From: an uncultured Eubacteriales bacterium
Lineage (GTDB): Bacteria > Bacillota > Clostridia > Monoglobales > CAYZNM01
DNA length: 64,000 bases
Direction: 5' to 3'
Assembly: GCA_964479875.1 (NCBI GenBank)
Contig: CAYZNM010000006.1
Location: forward strand, 4,565-68,564
Every line of letters starts with the position of its first letter. The first letter of the stretch is position 1. The notes under the pieces are model-generated. The model was not told where the DNA came from. It searched no databases and was given only the letters and a program-made list of their open reading frames with translations. A program made the position numbers and the translations under genes. Positions 8,608 through 16,898 of this stretch are shown piece after piece.

Positions 8608-9654
8608 TTATGCGTATTTTTGTTGGGTTTCTAGGTATGTGAATAGTGTGTCGGCTAGTTCTTGATCGAGGCGTTCCCATTCGTGTTGGGGGAATTGGGG
8701 GCATAGTTGGTATTGTGAGCCGTTGTAGTTTGCGTTGGCTGTGAATTGCTTGGATTTGCCGCCTTTTGTGCAGGCTAGGCATGAGTTGCAGGGTCTGCAT
8801 ATTTTGATGAAGTGTTTTTGCAGCAGTGGGTCAAGGCTTGCGAAGTCCTCGAGCATTGCTTTTTCGCCTACGCCTGACATTGTGCCGAAGCGGAATAAGT
8901 CTTTTTTGCGTCCGTTGAATACTATTTTGAAGCCTGTGTCTTTGCTGCCGATTGTGAATTTTATGTCTAAGCCTAGTCCTGTTTTGCCGAAGTATATGCT
9001 TATGCTTTGTGCGAAGCCTTTTCGGAGGTATGTTTGCGCTGTTTCTAGGAGGAAGCCGTTGTAGTCGTATAGGTCGTCGATTCTTTGGAGTAAGTGGTCA
9101 TAGCTTCCATTGAAGGAGCAGCACGCGAATGCGAATAGGTCATCTGTTTGCGATAGTAGGTGTAGGGCGTTAAGTAGTTCGGCGGATTGAAATTGTAGTG
9201 TTATGTCGTTTTTGATTGCTGTGCAGGTTATGCCTAGCTTTTGGAAGAAGGCGGCGAAGGGCTTTTTGTAGGCGGCTTTATGTTCTTTTAGCTTGGGTTT
9301 GTCGATGGTTAAGGTGCTGCCGTCTGCTTTTCCTGCTAGGCCTGCTATTAGTAGGAATTTGTAGAAGGTGTAGAGCTTGTCGTAGATTTCCATGAAGATG
9401 TCGTTTAGCTCGGGGATTTGGTTGTTGCAGACGTGCCAGTCGAAGGCTTGGTCTGGGGTTGTGGGCAATTCCAATAGCGTTGGGTCTTGGTAAAGGGTGT
9501 CGATGATGTTGGCGAATAGGGTGTGTAGGTCCTTTTGCGCACTTTCGCTTGCGATGTTCGAGGATATGGGGGCGAAGTCGGAGAACATGAAGTTGAAGCT
9601 CCATAGTACGCGTTGCGATATGTTGTCGAATGTTGGGTTTTTTGCAATCTTCAT
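8608..9654 (-). CDS. hypothetical protein (348 aa) with C-terminal CxxCxxCxxC...CP cysteine cluster
   Basis: Clean ORF with no recognised domain. CRPCNSCLACTKGG...QLCPQF suggests a metal or Fe-S binding site. Confidence 0.65.
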   Translation of the reverse strand: MKIAKNPTFDNISQRVLWSFNFMFSDFAPISSNIASESAQKDLHTLFANIIDTLYQDPTLLELPTTPDQAFDWHVCNNQIPELNDIFMEIYDKLYTFYKFLLIAGLAGKADGSTLTIDKPKLKEHKAAYKKPFAAFFQKLGITCTAIKNDITLQFQSAELLNALHLLSQTDDLFAFACCSFNGSYDHLLQRIDDLYDYNGFLLETAQTYLRKGFAQSISIYFGKTGLGLDIKFTIGSKDTGFKIVFNGRKKDLFRFGTMSGVGEKAMLEDFASLDPLLQKHFIKICRPCNSCLACTKGGKSKQFTANANYNGSQYQLCPQFPQHEWERLDQELADTLFTYLETQQKYA

Positions 9655-9685
9655 GGGTGCACCTTCCTATATGATGTGATATAGC

Positions 9686-9711
9686 AAAGGCGACCGCTAT
9701 GGGTCGCCTTT
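9686..9711 (-). terminator. rho-independent terminator after ileS
   Basis: AAAGGCGACC-cata/gcta-GGTCGCCTTT perfect hairpin immediately 3' of the ileS stop. Confidence 0.7.
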
Positions 9712-9715
9712 ATGC

Positions 9716-12700
9716 TTAAGCTTTAGCAACGCCGATGGTGCAGGTTACGTCGTCTAGCTCCAGTTGCTTTAATGTGGATTCGCCGTTGTGGGAGTTGAGG
9801 GATTTGGCGAGGGTTTCTTGCATTAGCTTGTCGCCGAATATCTCCAGCACTTGCTTTAGTAGGGCGTTGTCTGTGGTTACTGTGAGGTGGATTCTGTCTT
9901 CCACGTTTAGGCCTGCTTCTTTGCGTAGGACTTGACATTGGCGCAGGACTTCGCGGAATAGGCCCTCTTGTTCCAACTCGGGAGTGATGGTGGTGTCTAG
10001 GGCGATGGTTACGCGGTCACTTTGGGTCACGCAGATGTTTTCCTTGCACTTTGTGCTTAGGGTGAGCAGGGAAGGGGTTAGGGCGTGTGCGCCTACTTGT
10101 ACGTCCGCGCCGCTCTCGAATGCTGCGACTGCTTGCTTCATTTGGTCGGCGGGCATTTCGGCGAGCAGTTGTTTTACGGCGTTTGCGTCGCCTTTTAGTA
10201 CGCGGCCTGCTTCTCTAAAGTTGAGGGTTAGGAATTTGTCGTAGAGTTCTCCTGCGTTGTCGATTACTTCTATGGCTTTTATATTGAGTTCATCTTTGAT
10301 GATGTCGTTGTATTCGGCGATTGCTTGCTTTAGGGCGTTGCTGTCGCCGATTGGGGCTAGCTGCATGTTTTGCAGGGGTTGGCGCACCTTGAGCTGCTGC
10401 TCGTTGCGCAGCTTTAGGGCTAGGGTTACAATTTCGCGAACGTATGAAGCGTTTTCGATTATGCCGCTGTCGATTGCTTGCACCTTGGGGAAATCTACAA
10501 GGTGGATTGATTCGGGCGCGGATTGCTCGTACTTGCGCACCATTTGCTGCCAAACGTAGTCGCACATGAAGGGCATGATGGGCGCCATTACGACTGTGAT
10601 TGTCTTTATGGCGTTGTACAGGCTTACATAGGCGGCGCGTTTGTCGTCGCTTGTGCCTTCTTTCCAGAAGCGGCGGCGGTTTACGCGAATGTACCAATTG
10701 GAGAGGTCATCAATCATTGCCTCGAATTGCGCAACTACTTCGGGGGTGTTGTAGGCTGCGTATGCAGCGTCGCAGCTTGCGATGTATTGCTGCAAGCGTG
10801 CGTTCAGCCATTTATCGGTGATGTCGAGCAGCTTTTCGTCTACAGGGGAGGTTACGTCGGGTTGTTCAAGGTCGGCGTAGGTCATAAAGAAGACGTAGCT
10901 GTTCCATAAGCCCAGCATTTTGCGCTTGGCTTCATCGCCTAGGGTGTAGCCGAAGCGTACGTCGTTGGATATGCTTGCTCCTGCGAAAAGGTAGCGGATT
11001 GTGTCCGCACCGATTATATCCGCGACTTCGTTGAACTTTAGGGAGTTGCCTGTTTTGCTGAATTTGGAGCCGTCCTCGGCTACAACTGCGTTGTATGCCA
11101 TTACGTGTTCGTATGGGGCGCGGTCTTCTAGGACAACGCTCATAAATAGCATGGAGTAGAACCATAGGCGCACTTGCTCGCGCATTTCGGAAACCCACTC
11201 GGCAGGGAAGTATTTCTTCCATGCTTCTTTGTCGGAGAAGTAGCCCATTGTGCTGTAGGGGACTATGCCTGCGTCGAGCCATACGTCGCCTACTTCGGGG
11301 ATACGTGCGACTTCGCAGCCGCATTCGCATTTTATTTTTACTTCGTCAATCCACGGTCTGTGCAGTTCGGGCGGATTGTAGATGCCGTCGCTTAGGGATA
11401 GTAGTTCTTCGCGCGAACCTACTACTGTTAACTTGCCGCAGTTGTCGCAAGGGTAAATGGGCAGGGGTAAGCCGTAGAAGCGTTTGCGGGAGATGTTCCA
11501 GTCGCCCATGTTGTCGAGCCAGTCGTGCATACGCTTGCCGATGTAGGCAGGCGTCCACTTTACAGTGTCGGCGGCGGCTTTAAGGCGCGGCTTTATACCT
11601 TCGGTTTTGATGTACCACTCGCGCACTAGGCGGAACAACACTTCGGTTTTACAACGCCAACACACCGGATAGCTGTGCGTAAATTCTTCTGTGCGGTACA
11701 TTTTGCCGTTTTTGGTGAGGTAGTCGAAGATGTGTTGCGCGGCTTCTTTTGCGCCCATTCCGGCGAGGAAGCCGTATTCGGCTGTGAATCTGCCGCTTTC
11801 GTCTACGGGGCAGATTGCGGCTATGCCGTGAGTTTTGCCTAGCTCGAAGTCCTCTGCGCCGCAGCCTGGGGCGATGTGAACCGTGCCGCTTCCGTCGGTG
11901 GCAGCAACGTCGCTCCATGGGAGGATTTTGTGTTCGATGCCTTGCTGCGCTTTTAGGTCGGGGAAGAAGGTTTCGTAGGTTAAGCCTACTAGGTCGCTGC
12001 CCTTGATTGTGTCAAGGATTGTTTTTTTGCATTGCAGGATTTTGATTACTTCTTTGCCGACGCATATTGGCTTGTCGAATATATCGGTTTGTACTATGCA
12101 GTAGTCGTTTTCGGGGTTTACGGCTAGGGCTACGTTGGCTGTGAGTGTCCAAGGCGTGGTTGTCCATACTAGTATGTCGAAGTCTTTGCCATCAATTGGG
12201 AGTTTCGCAAATACTGAGGTGTGGGTAAGCTCTTTGTATGAGCCGCTCATTTCGTGCTCGGATAGAGATGTGCCGCAGCGCGGACACCATGGCATGGGGC
12301 GATAGGCTTTGTCAATCATGCCCATGTCGTGGCATTTTTTGAGGAAGTGCCATATGCCTTGGATATTTTCGTCGGTGTGGGTGAAGTAGGAGTTGTCCCA
12401 ATCCATCATCTGACCAAGGCGTTTGGATTGCTCGGTGATTACGCCGCTGAAGCGTTGTATGCGCTCTTTACATTTGTTGGTGAAGTTGTCAAGTCCATAT
12501 TCGAGAATGTCGCGCTTATCCTTGAAGCCTAGTTCTTTTTCTACCTCAACCTCAACCCATAGGCCTTGCGAGTCAAAGCCGTTGCGGTAGTGGCAAGAGT
12601 GGCCGTGCATTGCGTGGTAGCGGATGTAGATGTCTTTTAAGCTGCGTCCCCATGCGTGGTGTACACCCATTTGGTTGTTCGCGGTTATGGGACCGTCTAG

Positions 12701-12826
12701 GAAGCGGAAAACCTTGCCGCCTTTATTTTTTTCCTTTAATTTGTCGAAGCAGTTGCAGTCCTCCCAATGTTTGAGTACGCCTTTTTCGAGCTCGACAAAA
12801 TTTGGTATTGTGTCGTATTTTGCCAA
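9716..12826 (-). CDS. ileS: isoleucine--tRNA ligase (long, type-2-like form)
   Basis: 1036 aa. N-terminus MAKYDTIPNFVELEKGVLKHWE..., class-I signature regions (MGVHHAWG, KFSKTGN), a CxxC zinc knuckle (CWRC ... CDNC) and an editing domain. Confidence 0.96.
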   Translation of the reverse strand: MAKYDTIPNFVELEKGVLKHWEDCNCFDKLKEKNKGGKVFRFLDGPITANNQMGVHHAWGRSLKDIYIRYHAMHGHSCHYRNGFDSQGLWVEVEVEKELGFKDKRDILEYGLDNFTNKCKERIQRFSGVITEQSKRLGQMMDWDNSYFTHTDENIQGIWHFLKKCHDMGMIDKAYRPMPWCPRCGTSLSEHEMSGSYKELTHTSVFAKLPIDGKDFDILVWTTTPWTLTANVALAVNPENDYCIVQTDIFDKPICVGKEVIKILQCKKTILDTIKGSDLVGLTYETFFPDLKAQQGIEHKILPWSDVAATDGSGTVHIAPGCGAEDFELGKTHGIAAICPVDESGRFTAEYGFLAGMGAKEAAQHIFDYLTKNGKMYRTEEFTHSYPVCWRCKTEVLFRLVREWYIKTEGIKPRLKAAADTVKWTPAYIGKRMHDWLDNMGDWNISRKRFYGLPLPIYPCDNCGKLTVVGSREELLSLSDGIYNPPELHRPWIDEVKIKCECGCEVARIPEVGDVWLDAGIVPYSTMGYFSDKEAWKKYFPAEWVSEMREQVRLWFYSMLFMSVVLEDRAPYEHVMAYNAVVAEDGSKFSKTGNSLKFNEVADIIGADTIRYLFAGASISNDVRFGYTLGDEAKRKMLGLWNSYVFFMTYADLEQPDVTSPVDEKLLDITDKWLNARLQQYIASCDAAYAAYNTPEVVAQFEAMIDDLSNWYIRVNRRRFWKEGTSDDKRAAYVSLYNAIKTITVVMAPIMPFMCDYVWQQMVRKYEQSAPESIHLVDFPKVQAIDSGIIENASYVREIVTLALKLRNEQQLKVRQPLQNMQLAPIGDSNALKQAIAEYNDIIKDELNIKAIEVIDNAGELYDKFLTLNFREAGRVLKGDANAVKQLLAEMPADQMKQAVAAFESGADVQVGAHALTPSLLTLSTKCKENICVTQSDRVTIALDTTITPELEQEGLFREVLRQCQVLRKEAGLNVEDRIHLTVTTDNALLKQVLEIFGDKLMQETLAKSLNSHNGESTLKQLELDDVTCTIGVAKA

Positions 12827-12838
12827 TGTGATTCTCCT

Positions 12839-13615
12839 TTATTTATTTAAGAAGCCTGTAAGCGGCGAGGAAGCTTCCGCGTCCTTGACTCTGCCTAGGC
12901 CTGATAGGTGCGCTTGTCTCCCTGCGATTATTGCATTTTTGAATGCGGATGCCATTTGGATTGGGTCGCCGCTGGTGGCTATGGCTGTGTTTAGCAGACA
13001 TGCCGATGCGCCCATTTCCATGGCTTCGCAAGCGTCGGAGGGCTTGCCTATGCCTGCGTCGACGATTATTGGTAAGTCGATTTCGTTTATCAGGATTTGG
13101 ATTAGGGCTTTGGTTTGCAGGCCTTTGTTTGAGCCGATGGGTGCGCCTAGGGGCATAATTGCCGCTGCGCCTGCGTTCATCATGCTTCGGGCGGCTGTTA
13201 GGTCGGGAAGCATGTAGGGTAAGACGATGAAACCTTCCTTTGCCAGAATCTCTGTCGCTTTCGCGGATTCGTAGTTATCGGGAAGCAGGTATTTGCTGTC
13301 CTGCATTATCTCAATCTTGACGAAGTCGCCCATTCCGGCGGCTTGGGCAAGACGAGCAATGCGTACGGCTTCGTCGCTGTTGCGCGCGCCTGACGTGTTG
13401 GGCAGCAGCGTCATGTGCTTGGGAATGTGCTGCAATATATTGTCGGTCGGATTGTCTAGGTTGACGCGGCGTAGGGCGACTGTCATAATCTCCGCTCCGC
13501 TGTTTTCGATTATGCGAGGGATAATGCTGTCGTCGCCTAGTTTGCCGCTGCCAATCATTAGGCGGCTTGTGAACTCTTTGCCGCCGAGTAAAAATTTATC
13601 TTCTATTTTATTCAC
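12839..13615 (-). CDS. thiG: thiazole synthase
   Basis: [17 protein letters not shown]...LLPNTSGA...[11 protein letters not shown]...VDAGIG matches ThiG along its length. The track ORF start (13702) runs through a REP element. A GTG at 13615 or TTG at 13621 is more plausible, so the start is uncertain. Confidence 0.9.
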   Translation of the reverse strand: MNKIEDKFLLGGKEFTSRLMIGSGKLGDDSIIPRIIENSGAEIMTVALRRVNLDNPTDNILQHIPKHMTLLPNTSGARNSDEAVRIARLAQAAGMGDFVKIEIMQDSKYLLPDNYESAKATEILAKEGFIVLPYMLPDLTAARSMMNAGAAAIMPLGAPIGSNKGLQTKALIQILINEIDLPIIVDAGIGKPSDACEAMEMGASACLLNTAIATSGDPIQMASAFKNAIIAGRQAHLSGLGRVKDAEASSPLTGFLNK

Positions 13616-13645
13616 CTCCAAAAATATAAATTTGTATAATAAAAA

Positions 13646-13716
13646 TGTAGGGGCGGCCATTGGCCGTCCGTTGTGCGGTGTGCAGAATCCACGGACGCGC
13701 AATGCGCGCCCCTACA
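13646..13716. repeat. 71-bp REP-like compound hairpin inserted between thiS and thiG
   Basis: TGTAGGGGCGGCCATTGGCCGTCCG...CCACGGACGCGCAATGCGCGCCCCTACA has the same architecture as 3241-3324. It abuts the thiS stop codon. Confidence 0.8.
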
Positions 13717-13923
13717 TCAACCGCCGCCTACGAAGTTTAATAATTCTAGTTTGTCGTCGTCTTTTAGTACGACGGTGGCGTAATTCGTAGGGCGGATTAC
13801 TGCGCCGTTTAGCTCGGCTACGACGTTACTCATTGAGTAGCCGAATTTTTTTACTAGGGCGGAAAGTGTTGTACCTTCAGGGAAGGTGGTGCTTTCGCCG
13901 TTTAGGGTTATTGTTACTTCCAT
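13717..13923 (-). CDS. thiS: sulfur carrier protein ThiS
   Basis: 68 aa ending in ...NFVGGG (C-terminal Gly-Gly), upstream of thiG. Confidence 0.9.
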   Translation of the reverse strand: MEVTITLNGESTTFPEGTTLSALVKKFGYSMSNVVAELNGAVIRPTNYATVVLKDDDKLELLNFVGGG

Positions 13924-13938
13924 GTTTCCTCCAGACGC

Positions 13939-15159
13939 TTAGCGGATTTGTCCGCTGCCGCGTATGATGTATTTGTAGCTGCACAGGGCTTCGATTCCCA
14001 TTGGACCGCGTGCGTGCAGCTTTTGTGTGCTTATGCCGATTTCTGCGCCTAGACCGAATTCGCCGCCGTCGGAAAAGCGTGTGCTTGCGTTTAGGTAGAC
14101 GCAGGCCGCGTCGATTGCGTTGAGGAAGCGTTCAGCGGTGGGAATGTGAGTTGCGACTATGCACTCGCTGTGCTTGGAGCTGTAGGCGTTGATGTGGGCG
14201 ATTGCTTCGTCGAGAGTTTCCACTACTTTTACGGCTAGGATTAGGTCGTTGTATTCGGTGCGGTAGTCCTCGTCGGTGGCAGGGATTGTGTTGGGGTAAC
14301 TGCACACCTTCTCGTCGCCGCGAATTTCTACGTCTAGTTTTTGTAATTCTTCTATTATAATGGGAAGGAATTCGTCCGCTACATCTGTATGCACAAGTAG
14401 GGTTTCCATCGAGTTGCAAACCGAGGGACGGCTTATCTTGGCGTTGATTGCTATATTCTTTGCCGTTGCCAAGTCGGCTGATGAATCAACGTAGGTGTGG
14501 CAAATACCTGTGCCTGTTTCAATTGTGGGAATGTTGCTTCCTTCGGTTACGGACTTGATTAAGCCTGCACCGCCGCGCGGGATTAGTAAGTCAACGTATT
14601 CGCGTTGGCGCATAAATTCGGCTACAGTTTCACGAGAGGTGTCGGGGATTATTTGAATGCTGTTGGGCGGGAGTATGTCTTCGACTGATTTTTGCAGGAC
14701 TTCTACAACGCACTTGTTAGTATTTATCGCTTCGCTGCCGCCGCGCAGGATTACGGCGTTGCCTGATTTAATGCAGAGCGCAGAGATGTCCGACGTCACA
14801 TTGGGGCGCGATTCGTAGATTGTGCCGATTACGCCTAGGGGTACGGTCACTTTGGAAATGGCAAGTCCGTTGGGGCGTACGCTGCCGCTTAGGGTAATGC
14901 CGAGTGGGTCGGGAAGTGCCGCGACTTCGCGTATGCCTTGCGCCAATGCGGCGACACGCTCCTTGTTAAGCATTAGTCGGTCGATTTTTGGGCCCGGCTT
15001 TGCGTTGTCGAGATCGAGTTTATTCGCGGTTATGATTGCGTCTGTATTGTCCATTAGTGCGTCGGCCATTGCTGCGAGTGCGCGATTGCGGTCACCGCCG
15101 CCGATTGCGGCAAGCTGCGCGGACGCAGCTTTGGCTGCCTTGCATATTTCTATTAACAT
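13939..15159 (-). CDS. proA: glutamate-5-semialdehyde dehydrogenase
   Basis: 406 aa with full-length similarity to ProA (IYESRPNVT..., NASTRFSDGGEFGLGAEIGISTQKLHARGPMG). Confidence 0.95.
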   Translation of the reverse strand: MLIEICKAAKAASAQLAAIGGGDRNRALAAMADALMDNTDAIITANKLDLDNAKPGPKIDRLMLNKERVAALAQGIREVAALPDPLGITLSGSVRPNGLAISKVTVPLGVIGTIYESRPNVTSDISALCIKSGNAVILRGGSEAINTNKCVVEVLQKSVEDILPPNSIQIIPDTSRETVAEFMRQREYVDLLIPRGGAGLIKSVTEGSNIPTIETGTGICHTYVDSSADLATAKNIAINAKISRPSVCNSMETLLVHTDVADEFLPIIIEELQKLDVEIRGDEKVCSYPNTIPATDEDYRTEYNDLILAVKVVETLDEAIAHINAYSSKHSECIVATHIPTAERFLNAIDAACVYLNASTRFSDGGEFGLGAEIGISTQKLHARGPMGIEALCSYKYIIRGSGQIR

Positions 15160-15168
15160 ATTTTTACC

Positions 15169-15264
15169 TCACATAGTCAATCGCGTTTCTTTCCTCGACT
15201 ATAAAAGTACGACGAACGCTGCTCGAATCAAAGAAATGCGATTGACACGAATCACTGTTTTAAA
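15169..15264 (-). repeat. about 95-bp palindromic intergenic element, copy 1 (14-bp terminal inverted repeats GTCAATCGC(G/A)TTTC / GAAACGCGATTGAC)
   Basis: Hairpin core at 15176-15246 plus the flank ...CACTGTTTTAAA. On the minus strand it aligns with the copies at 58723-58817 and 60270-60364. It sits between alr and proA, and its end supplies the proA RBS context (GACTATGTGAGGTAAAAATATG). Confidence 0.8.
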
Positions 15265-15273
15265 TGAATTTGA

Positions 15274-16338
15274 CTATACAAATTCGCGGATTACGTTGTT
15301 GCTGATGAATAGTGGATTGCAGTCGAGGGTTACGATGTCGCCTACATTTACGCTGTTGCCGATGTGGGCGAAGATGTTGCACATGCAGATACGTCCTACT
15401 ATTTGGCAGGGTGCGTTATTTATGCGTACATAGCGTTTGGCGCGCCACTGCTTTATGTCGTTGTAGATGTAGCGCAGTATGTCGATCAGGCGGAAGGTGT
15501 CGCGGGATTTTTCGATGAATACGCCATCGGTATAGCCTATGGGGATTACGGCGATACGTGCATTGCTTTTGGTGCGGTATACGTCGCCGTAGCCGATGTT
15601 GTGCTTTTTCGGCAGGGTTGCGATGTGCGATACTACCGATTGCGCGTAGCCTACTTTTTTTAGTCCGTTGGGAATTAGTAGGCGTCCGAGCAGCGCGCTG
15701 CCTAGGCGTACTGCGTCTAGGTGCATTTGCGGGTACAGCATGAATCCGTGGGACGACACGATGTGCCGCATTCCAACATTTACGCCGTGTGATTTAATGG
15801 AATCTACAGCTTTGTTGAAGTAGTCAAACTGCGCGTGGCATTGCTTATTCTTGGAGAAGGAGTTGTACAGGTGTGAGTAGATTCCCTCTACTTCTATATT
15901 ATGCTGCTTGATGTAATTGCAAAGCTCGTCCATCTGCTGTGCGTGGAAGCCGTAGCGTCCGAAGCCGCTGTCGATTTTTAGGTGCAGACGCATACGCTCC
16001 TGCCGCTCGGCGCAAGCGTTGCGCAGTGCGGACAGCATACCCATGCTGCCGACCGTGGCGATTAGCTCGAGTTCGGCAATCTCATTCACAAGCAACTCAT
16101 TGCTTTGCAGCAGCAGTATATCGCAGTCGATTCCGCTTTCGCGCAGCTGCCGCGCCTCGTGAATTTCGCTCACGGCGAAAAAGTCTACGCCGAAGCCGCG
16201 CAATACCTGCGCATACTCCGCCGCGCCCAAGCCGTAGCCGTTGCCTTTTACCACCGCGATAATTCGCGCATTAGTCATGCCGCGCAGCTTATCTAGGTTG
16301 AAGCGCATATCTTCCTTATTAATAATAAGCTTGTTCAT
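15274..16338 (-). CDS. alr: alanine racemase
   Basis: 354 aa. The IAVVKGNGYGLG region (PLP-lysine motif) and overall Alr layout. Confidence 0.88.
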   Translation of the reverse strand: MNKLIINKEDMRFNLDKLRGMTNARIIAVVKGNGYGLGAAEYAQVLRGFGVDFFAVSEIHEARQLRESGIDCDILLLQSNELLVNEIAELELIATVGSMGMLSALRNACAERQERMRLHLKIDSGFGRYGFHAQQMDELCNYIKQHNIEVEGIYSHLYNSFSKNKQCHAQFDYFNKAVDSIKSHGVNVGMRHIVSSHGFMLYPQMHLDAVRLGSALLGRLLIPNGLKKVGYAQSVVSHIATLPKKHNIGYGDVYRTKSNARIAVIPIGYTDGVFIEKSRDTFRLIDILRYIYNDIKQWRAKRYVRINNAPCQIVGRICMCNIFAHIGNSVNVGDIVTLDCNPLFISNNVIREFV

Positions 16339-16874
16339 GAAACAAAAAGCTTTCTGTTTTTGAAGCAGTAGTGGAAGCCTGAATAAACCGTGAGTATGAG
16401 CGCGGCGTATATTGCAACCGTGCTAAAAGCAACGCCGTAGACTGCCACAACCGTGATGTTGTCGAAAATTAGCGCACCTATCGCAACAAGCTGAATGAAC
16501 GTTTTAAGCTTACCGACCCTGTCTGCTGCCATAACATAGCCTTGTTCAATTGCTACAATTCGCAGGGTTGTGACCAAAAATTCCCGGGCAATAATTACCA
16601 TTGCTATCCACGAATGAATCTGCGACATCTGCACCAACGCGATTAGTGCGCAGGACACGACAAGCTTGTCCGCCAGGGGGTCGATTAGCTTGCCGAAATT
16701 TGTGACAAGCTGATACTTGCGCGCGATGTATCCGTCCACAAAATCAGTCAGCGACGCAACGACAAATATGACGAATGCCGCTATTGTGTACCCCACCTGC
16801 CCTACGAACATAAAGGCGATGAATACGGGAATTAGCAAAATGCGCAGCATTGTTATTATATTAGGTAGGTTCAT
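16335..16874 (-). CDS. pgsA: CDP-diacylglycerol--glycerol-3-phosphate 3-phosphatidyltransferase
   Basis: 179 aa. CDP-alcohol phosphatidyltransferase motif DFVDGYIARKYQLVTNFGKLIDPLADKL. Its stop overlaps the alr start by 4 nt. Confidence 0.93.
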   Translation of the reverse strand: MNLPNIITMLRILLIPVFIAFMFVGQVGYTIAAFVIFVVASLTDFVDGYIARKYQLVTNFGKLIDPLADKLVVSCALIALVQMSQIHSWIAMVIIAREFLVTTLRIVAIEQGYVMAADRVGKLKTFIQLVAIGALIFDNITVVAVYGVAFSTVAIYAALILTVYSGFHYCFKNRKLFVS

Positions 16875-16898
16875 ATATCCCCCTGTCTGCTTTGGTTG

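Noticed and set aside
13616-13702. N-terminal extension of thiG in the ORF track (start at 13702); likewise serC (23751), hicA (21192), topA (36389), the asp23-like gene (30104) and infC (41712).
   Set aside because: The extensions read through REP hairpins, promoters or the preceding gene. They add non-conserved residues and lack an RBS. Internal starts with good Shine-Dalgarno sequences match the conserved N-termini.
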